This document shows positions 58,088-64,000 of a stretch of DNA of 64,000 bases, piece by piece; position 1 is the first letter of the stretch, and every line of letters starts with the position of its first letter. This stretch comes from an uncultured delta proteobacterium (GTDB taxonomy: Bacteria; Myxococcota_A; Polyangia; Fen-1088). The stretch spans positions 800,001 through 864,000 of the forward strand of contig CAVYGB010000008.1 of assembly GCA_963767925.1 (NCBI GenBank), in the 5' to 3' direction. A program made the translations under genes and the position numbers. Under the pieces are notes generated by a model, which was given only the letters and a program-made list of their open reading frames with translations, was not told the origin of the DNA and ran no database searches.

Positions 58088-58867
58088 ATGGTCCCCGTCA
58101 TGCCATGGCTCACGCTGTCTCTTCGTCGCGGCCTGGTCATCGGGTTGGGACCTGGGCGCTTTCACGCCCTGGTGTGTCTCGCGCTGCTGTGCCCGGTTCA
58201 CGCGTGTGCAGGGCCGGCAGAGCTGGCGGCGCCGAAGGGGACGGAGACGTCGGCAAAGACGCCGGTGAGTCCGCCCACCACGAACCCGGGAAAGGCCCGA
58301 CAGCTGGTAGAAGCGATCATCAAGGTCAGCCAGTTACCGCGGTTGGATCGGGTGAAAGCCGCCGAGATCCTCGGTACCCGGCTGGGTGCCCAGAGGAACG
58401 CCACCGAGTACCGCATGGAATGGTCCCTCGAGCCCACGGAGCTGATCGCCGAGGGGACCGCTGTGGGAGTCCGCCGCAAAGCCTGGACGCTCCTGGAGAT
58501 CGTGCCTCACCCCTCTCTCGAGCTGGCCTTCGAGGACTTCGTGCCCTACCTCCTCGACGCGAGCTACACGTTGGACGCGCTAAGAGTCCACCTCGTCCAC
58601 GACTCGGTGGCCACGAGTATCACGCGCATCAGACACGTGTTCCGGATCGAAGGCGGCGAATTGACCATCGAAGTACCGACCACGGTGCCGCCCGAGACCC
58701 CCGACCAGGATTCGAAAGCCACAACCGAAGGCTGGGATGCAGCGAAGGGCAGAAGCTCCAGCCGGAGTCAGGTGATGACCGTCTTTTTCAACAACGAGCT
58801 CGGCAGAAGCTGGCGAAACCCGCGCACGCTCCGGCAGTTCCGTGAGCCTCGGAAGGCCCCCAACTGA
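58088..58867 (+). CDS. Exported hypothetical protein, putative immunity protein (start uncertain)
   Basis: Hydrophobic Cys-containing leader; paralog fragment at 55.7-56.0 kb; convergent with a peptidase gene. Confidence 0.65.
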   Translation: MVPVMPWLTLSLRRGLVIGLGPGRFHALVCLALLCPVHACAGPAELAAPKGTETSAKTPVSPPTTNPGKARQLVEAIIKVSQLPRLDRVKAAEILGTRLGAQRNATEYRMEWSLEPTELIAEGTAVGVRRKAWTLLEIVPHPSLELAFEDFVPYLLDASYTLDALRVHLVHDSVATSITRIRHVFRIEGGELTIEVPTTVPPETPDQDSKATTEGWDAAKGRSSSRSQVMTVFFNNELGRSWRNPRTLRQFREPRKAPN

Positions 58868-58871
58868 CCGG

Positions 58872-59771
58872 TTACGGGTTGGAGCCGGGGTTGGCCTGGC
58901 GGTCGTCCCACTCTTTGCTGAGCTGCTGAGCAGCGAGCTGCTCCTTCGTGATGTAGGTGCCATCCGGGTTGATTCCGGCGGGCTCGCGCGACATGACCTC
59001 GGTCATCTCGGCCTTGGCCTGCTCTTCGGAGATCTCGCCACTCTTGTACCGCTCGTAGATGGCGATGTACTGGTCATCGAACGTCCCGCGGATGCCGATG
59101 TCCGGCCCGTCCTCGGTCTCGCCGTCGGTGTTCATGATCTCGTCGCGGGCGCGGGCGTTGTCGAAGGCGGCAGCACCCTCGTGCTCCATCGCCGGCTGCA
59201 CGTTCTTCGAGACGTATTCGCCCTTGGTGTCGGCGTCCACCCGCTCAGGGAAGGGCTTGGCTGCATGACCGATCTCGTGGGCCAGCAGAGAGGCGAGGTC
59301 GTGGCCGCCCTTGGCCAGGTCCTGCTCGTCGATGAAGATCCTCATCTTGTTCGGTTCGGCTTTCGATCCACTGCCGTACGGGACGACTTCGATCTCCCAG
59401 CCGTTGGCTTTTGCCTCGGCCCACTGCTGTCGCAGGGTCGGGCTGCGGTTGATGACGTCATCAATCTTTGCGCCCAGACCTGTCTTGACCGGCGGCGGCT
59501 CCGCGCTGGCCGGGGGTGCTGACGGCGGAGCTTCGACCTCCAGGGTGGTCGGCGTCTCGGGCGTGGGCTTCGCCGGCTGCGGGTTTCCACCACCACCGCC
59601 GCCGCCGAAGTAGGGTTGGTTGGTGGGGGGTGGGTCTACGCCGTCGAACGGCCAGATCGAGTCCGGGTCCGGCGCCTCGAGTGGCGCCTGCTCGATCACT
59701 TCTATGGAGACGAAGCTGCCATCTACCGGGAGTGGGGTGCCTTGACCAGTGATGGAGTTGATACCTGACAT
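58872..59771 (-). CDS. HExxH zinc metallopeptidase, toxin/effector-like
   Basis: GGAGG RBS; Pro/Gly-rich N-half; SPTL..GWEI..LAHEIGHA..HEGAA..GPDIGIRG. Confidence 0.75.
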   Translation of the reverse strand: MSGINSITGQGTPLPVDGSFVSIEVIEQAPLEAPDPDSIWPFDGVDPPPTNQPYFGGGGGGGNPQPAKPTPETPTTLEVEAPPSAPPASAEPPPVKTGLGAKIDDVINRSPTLRQQWAEAKANGWEIEVVPYGSGSKAEPNKMRIFIDEQDLAKGGHDLASLLAHEIGHAAKPFPERVDADTKGEYVSKNVQPAMEHEGAAAFDNARARDEIMNTDGETEDGPDIGIRGTFDDQYIAIYERYKSGEISEEQAKAEMTEVMSREPAGINPDGTYITKEQLAAQQLSKEWDDRQANPGSNP

Positions 59772-60129
59772 GCGAAGTCCTCCTGGATTCAACGGTCCAT
59801 TTCATGGCGAGCGAGGCCGGCTCGGCGAGAGTCAGGACATGTCCGTCGGCCACGGCTGGAGCTTGCTATGGGTTGCGCAGCAGTTTTGCAGCGCAACAAG
59901 CCACAGATACCATGGTCGGCTGCCATGGTGAAGAGAGACGCGCTCGCCTTCGTTGGAGGTTTTTCACGAGCCCCCACACGGCCGCGCGCAGGGCACGCAT
60001 CAGTTGGCTTACCTCGTGTGTCAGGCCCTGGCGAGGGTGGGCCGGTACGCCGCCTCGACCTCTATCCGGACAGCTGCGAAGCCACGGCGCCCTCGTGTTG
60101 CCGTCGAGCCCGCCAGGGCGCCGGCATCG

Positions 60130-60250
60130 GAGGCCTCGCCGCTGGCCGTGCACGAGGCGCAGGCGCACGTCGTGCCCGTCATCGCTGCCCGCTGGGCTGG
60201 CATCCCGGAGGTGGTTACCCACGGCGAGACCGGCTTCCTCCTCGACACGC
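60130..60250 (+). pseudogene. GT4 glycosyltransferase C-terminal remnant
   Basis: EAQAHVVPVIAARWAGIPEVVTHGETGFLL matches the GT4 E-x7-E region; the rest of the gene is not recognisable. Confidence 0.55.
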
Positions 60251-60611
60251 GCGTCGCTCCGCTGCAGCCTCACGTGGCGACCACGACGTTTGGCGAGACC
60301 GACCGAACCCATTTCGATGCCACCTGCTCCGCCGCCGAGAAGGCCTGGGCCGGCCCAGCACCGTCTCGTCCGCTGGTCCACCTCGACGACGTGCTCGCGG
60401 CTCAGGCCGCCGGGACGCTGGAGCCAGGACACCGTTTGCGCATGGCTGACGAGCAGCCTCTGCCGTTGCTGACCCGAGGTTCCTACTCCGAGTCGTCCGC
60501 TCAGCTCTCCTGCGTGCTCGGTCTCTTCCAGAGCGGCGAGGTCGTCTCCGTTGTGGACGCGGCTGCCTCGGCGGCTGCCTTCGCGCGCGCCGCGACCCCT
60601 GCCTTTAGCGC

Positions 60612-60701
60612 CGGCCTGAAGGTGATCCACCCCGCGGCGAGATCGTGAGCCACCCGGGGTGGCGGGCGCCGTAGGGACGGCGGCGGGATCGTGATCCACC
60701 C
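60612..60701 (+). repeat. Three 21-bp subterminal repeats, 23-bp phased
   Basis: cggcctgaaggtgatccaccc, cggcgagatcgtgagccaccc, cggcgggatcgtgatccaccc. Confidence 0.75.
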
Positions 60702-60764
60702 CGGCCGAAGAGGGAGACCGGGACGGGACGCGGCAGGGAGACGGTAGTAGTGGTGGCGCCTGCG

Positions 60765-61205
60765 ATGAAGCAGGGAGCCCCGCGGAAGAGGTGCACGGAG
60801 TGCCGGCAGTGGTACACGCCGTGTGTACGGTCGGCCGATCGGCAGCGGACGTGCGGCGGGGGCGCGTGCCGGGCGCGGCGGCGACGCCGACTCGGACGGC
60901 AACGGCGGTGGCAGGACGTGCAGAGCGCGCGGGTGGCCGAGCGCGAGCGACAGCGACGGTGGCGGGCCGAGCGCCGCGCGCGAGCGATGGAGGAGAAGGA
61001 GGGGCCCCGGCCGCCATCTGAGGCCACCTGTCACGCGCCGGCTTCGGCCTCCATCAGCGGGGATTTGCGGGACAAAGTGCGCCAGTCCGTGGACATGGCG
61101 TTCGACTTGTCACGCGCCGCCTTCCTGCGCCTGGTGCCCAAAATTCTCGGGGATTTCATGCGATCCGCGGGGAAATCTGGGACAAAAAGTGGGCCGGGAG
61201 CGTGA
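60765..61205 (+). CDS. Small Cys4 zinc-ribbon/basic-helix protein
   Basis: CTEC..QRTCGGGAC followed by an Arg-rich helix. Confidence 0.7.
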   Translation: MKQGAPRKRCTECRQWYTPCVRSADRQRTCGGGACRARRRRRLGRQRRWQDVQSARVAERERQRRWRAERRARAMEEKEGPRPPSEATCHAPASASISGDLRDKVRQSVDMAFDLSRAAFLRLVPKILGDFMRSAGKSGTKSGPGA

Positions 61206-61292
61206 CTGTCACGCGCCGGCTTTTCGTCGTATGCCCGCGGGACCATTGAGGATTCACCCGCGATCCTGGACAGGCTGTCACGCTCCGACCTT
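61029..61292 (+). repeat. Four TGTCACGC(G/T)CCG boxes
   Basis: Copies at 61029, 61108, 61207 and 61276; the third lies in the palindrome GCGTGAC-T-GTCACGC (61200-61214). Confidence 0.85.
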
Positions 61293-61326
61293 CGCCAACG
61301 CGGTCGTGACGTGGTTTGTGGAGGCC

Positions 61327-62280
61327 ATGGCAGCCGTCGTGGCCCCCGAAGAGCGCGCGGTCGCCCTCACCGCGCTCGGCGAGACCCACGGGCGCTTGCG
61401 CCTGCTGGACGCGGGGGCTGTCCGCCAGATGCGCGAGTCGCTCGAGCGCCACGGACAGCTGATGGCGGTCGCCGCGTACCGCCCCGGCGATGGCGGTGGC
61501 GGCCCCCTCGAGGTCGTGGACGGCTTCAAGCGGGTGCATGCCGCTCGTGGGCTCGGCTGGGGGGAGCTGCGGGTCCGCGTGCTGCCGGTGGACGCGGTGG
61601 AGGCGAAGGTGGCGATGGGGGTGCTCAATCACGGGCGCGGGCTGTCCGAGCTCGAGGAGGCGTGGCTGGTGCGCGCGCTGCACCGTGAGGACGCGCTGAC
61701 GCAGCCCCAGATCGGGCGGCTGCTGGGGCGGCACAAGAGCTGGGTGAGCCGGCGGTTGCTGCTGGCCGAGGGGCTGGACGAGGCGGTGCAGGCGGACGTC
61801 CGGCTGGGCCTCGTCGCCGCGAGCACGGCGACGGCGGTGGCGCGGTTGCCCCGGTGCAACCAGCTCGCGGCGGCGGAGGCGGTGATGCGCAGGGGGCTCA
61901 CCAGGCACCAGACCGAGCGCCTCATCACCGAGGTGCTGGCGCGGCCAGCGGCCGAGCGCGAGCTGGCCCTGTGCGAATCCGCCGAGCGCTTCCCCCTGCT
62001 CGGCGATGGCCCGGCGACCGGCAGACGCCACGGCAGCGAGCGGACGCCCGCGCAGTCGTTGATGGCGGACATCGGGACCCTGGCGCGGATCGCGGCCCGC
62101 GTGCAGGCGCGGCTGTGGGAGCGTCCGCTGTCGGCGCTGGGCGAGCCGGCCGCGCGCCTGGTCGCCGATGGGCTCGCGGGGCTCGATCCGGTGCTCACCG
62201 CGCTCAGCCGGACGATCGCGCGCGCCGTGACCGCAGACCCACGGGCCCAGGGACATGTGGAAGACGCGCCCCGAGCTTGA
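61327..62280 (+). CDS. ParB/RepB/Spo0J-like protein
   Basis: SLERHGQL, EVVDGFKRVHAA, HTH LTQPQIGRLLGRHKSWVSRRL; GGAGG RBS. Confidence 0.88.
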   Translation: MAAVVAPEERAVALTALGETHGRLRLLDAGAVRQMRESLERHGQLMAVAAYRPGDGGGGPLEVVDGFKRVHAARGLGWGELRVRVLPVDAVEAKVAMGVLNHGRGLSELEEAWLVRALHREDALTQPQIGRLLGRHKSWVSRRLLLAEGLDEAVQADVRLGLVAASTATAVARLPRCNQLAAAEAVMRRGLTRHQTERLITEVLARPAAERELALCESAERFPLLGDGPATGRRHGSERTPAQSLMADIGTLARIAARVQARLWERPLSALGEPAARLVADGLAGLDPVLTALSRTIARAVTADPRAQGHVEDAPRA

Positions 62281-63880
62281 GCACCAGGTGGTGACCCTGG
62301 CGGGCCAAGGCCTCGCGCGGCGAGCGATCGCCCGCGCGATGGGCGTCAGCCGCAACACCGTGCGGAAGATCCTGGATGCGCACGTCGAGTCCCGGCAGGC
62401 GCCACACGCGGCGCTCACGCCTGCGCCCGCGCGGGTCCCGCGCGCGCAGAAGCTCGACGACTTTCGCGGCAAGGTCACGGATCTGCTGACCCGGTTTCCC
62501 GACATCACGGCGCAGAGGATCTTCGAAGAGCTGCGCGTGGCGGGTTACGACGGCGGCTACACGCAGATCAAGGTGCACGTCGGGCGGGTGCGGCCACTTC
62601 CGCCGCCGAAGCCGAGCCTGTCGACGCCGATCTACGGCCCGGGCGAGATGGCCGAGAGCGACTGGTCGCCGTACGTGATCGACTTCCTGAACGGGCGGCG
62701 TGCGAAGGTGCAGGCGCTGTCGTACGTGCTGGTGTGGAGCCGCCGCAAGCGCTTCCAGGTGTACGACCGCAGCGATCTGTACGCGCTGATGGACGGGCAC
62801 GTCGAGATCTTCGAGCGCCTGGACGGCGCGGCGGCGAGGTGCAAATACGACAGCCAGAAGCCGGTGGTGCTCGGGTGGGAGGGGCAGCAGCCTATCTACA
62901 ACCCGCGCTACCTCGCGTTCGCCGCGCACTACGAGTTCGCGCCGGTGGCCGTCCGCCGCAGGCACCCCAACGACAAGCCCCGGACGGAGCGGAGCCTGTG
63001 GGAGTTCGAGCAGAGCTTCCTCAACGGACGCCGCTTCCGCGACCTCGCGGACATGCGCGCCCAGCTCGCCGCCTGGAACGACGGTATCTGCGATCAACGC
63101 CGCCGATCGGCGGGCCGGCCCACGCCGCTCGAGCGCTACGCGGAGGAGCGGCCACACTTGCGGCGCTTGCCCGCGCACCCGTACGACGCGGCCAGGGTGC
63201 TCTACCGGGTCTGCAGCATCGACGGCTTCGTCTCGGTCGACGGCAATCGCTACGCCGTCCCATACGAGCACGTCACCGACATCCTGCCGGTGCGGGTGAC
63301 CCAGCACGAGCTCTTCATCTACGCCGCCGACCTCGCGCTCGTCGCACGCCACGAGCTCGCGCCCCGAGGCGCCGGCCACGACATCGTGCCCCCGGGCGTG
63401 CACAAGCCCCCGAGTCGTGGAGGCGCCGACCTCGACCAGCTCCAGATCGCCTTCACGCGGATGGGCGAGGACGCCGCGCTCTTCTTCGCTGGGCTGCACA
63501 CGGCACAGCAGCGCCAGGCCGGTTATCACGCCAGGCAGATCCTGCTGCTGCGCGAGCGATACGCCACCGCCGATCTCGCGGCGGCGCTCCGACACGCCCA
63601 CGCCTACGGCGCCTTCGAGTGCCGCGCCATCGAGCGGATCCTCGCCGCGCGCGCGGCCCCGCGCCGGCTGGCGGAGTATGTCGCCGAGGAGACGGTCCGC
63701 CGCCTCGACGAGCCCGCCGGCGACAGCTTCCTCCGCGACCTCGACGAGTACGACCGCCTCCCCGGAGCGGGGAGCCTCAAGGAGCCCCCATGCCCAAGCC
63801 CGGACGCCACAAGCCCCAGCCCACAGGCGCCGACTCCGTCATCGACCGACTCCGCCGACACCTCGAAGTCCTCGGCCTGA
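62255..63880 (+). CDS. istA: IS21 family transposase
   Basis: HTH IARAMGVSRNTVRK; DDE at ESDWS, KYDSQK, DKPRTER; DGFVSVDGNRYAVP. Confidence 0.95.
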   Translation: MWKTRPELEHQVVTLAGQGLARRAIARAMGVSRNTVRKILDAHVESRQAPHAALTPAPARVPRAQKLDDFRGKVTDLLTRFPDITAQRIFEELRVAGYDGGYTQIKVHVGRVRPLPPPKPSLSTPIYGPGEMAESDWSPYVIDFLNGRRAKVQALSYVLVWSRRKRFQVYDRSDLYALMDGHVEIFERLDGAAARCKYDSQKPVVLGWEGQQPIYNPRYLAFAAHYEFAPVAVRRRHPNDKPRTERSLWEFEQSFLNGRRFRDLADMRAQLAAWNDGICDQRRRSAGRPTPLERYAEERPHLRRLPAHPYDAARVLYRVCSIDGFVSVDGNRYAVPYEHVTDILPVRVTQHELFIYAADLALVARHELAPRGAGHDIVPPGVHKPPSRGGADLDQLQIAFTRMGEDAALFFAGLHTAQQRQAGYHARQILLLRERYATADLAAALRHAHAYGAFECRAIERILAARAAPRRLAEYVAEETVRRLDEPAGDSFLRDLDEYDRLPGAGSLKEPPCPSPDATSPSPQAPTPSSTDSADTSKSSA

Positions 63881-64000
63881 ACCACACCGCCGAAAAGCTG
63901 GACGACCACCTCGCCTGGGCCCTGCGCGACAAGCCCGGCGCCGCCGCCCTGCTCGACCGCGTCCTCGGCGCCGAGGCCGGCTTCAAGCTCGAGCGCCGGA
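63790..64000 (+). CDS. istB: IS21 helper ATPase, N-terminal part (truncated by window)
   Basis: GGAG RBS then ATG; LRRHLEVLGL..LLDRVLGAE..ERR helical N-domain overlapping the istA end. Confidence 0.8.
   Translation, partial: MPKPGRHKPQPTGADSVIDRLRRHLEVLGLNHTAEKLDDHLAWALRDKPGAAALLDRVLGAEAGFKLERR

Larger units (their letters stand above)
60604..64000 (+). mobile_element. IS21-family element with passenger genes (right end outside window)
   Basis: istA/istB pair; left-end repeats CGGC-n5/6-GTGA(T/G)CCACCC at 60612, 60635 and 60681; exact terminus uncertain because the canonical TG is not seen. Confidence 0.85.

Noticed and set aside
59772..59950. Sigma54 promoter for the peptidase gene
   Set aside because: Candidate GG and GC elements do not have the required 10-nt spacing.
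59953..60648. Intact 231-aa gene
   Set aside because: Only a short GT4-like piece is recognisable and the ORF runs into the IS end repeats.
61180..61205. Frameshift fusion of the Cys4 ORF to ParB at CAAAAAG
   Set aside because: The ParB frame is +1, not -1, and parB has its own GGAGG-ATG.
61029..61292. CRISPR array
   Set aside because: Repeats are only 12-16 bp with irregular spacing and no cas genes.

Overview
GC-rich bacterial chromosome segment whose gene content (Cys-rich lipoproteins, Ser/Thr kinase, FHA-GAF-cyclase, split atp operon) suggests Myxococcota; the taxonomy is inferred. Positions 1-55.3 kb are mostly core genes: gltBD, a metal ABC transporter with a His/Cys-rich upstream ORF, leuCD/LysR/cimA/thrC/thrA, prs-rplY-pth-rpsF-rpsR-rplI-dnaB, uxaC, moaC, trxB, atpBE, ychF, punA-cdd and amtB. 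Many conserved genes carry several indels that look like long-read consensus errors. After tRNA-Leu(CAG) at 55363 an accessory island begins. It holds att-arm-like repeats, a truncated immunity-like paralog, an apparently circularly permuted ROK-family protein coupled to a GT2, and a convergent HExxH metallopeptidase/putative immunity pair. It ends in an IS21-family element that carries a Cys4 ORF, four TGTCACGC(G/T)CCG boxes and a ParB-like gene ahead of istA/istB. All family assignments come from motif recognition by eye; no database searches were run.
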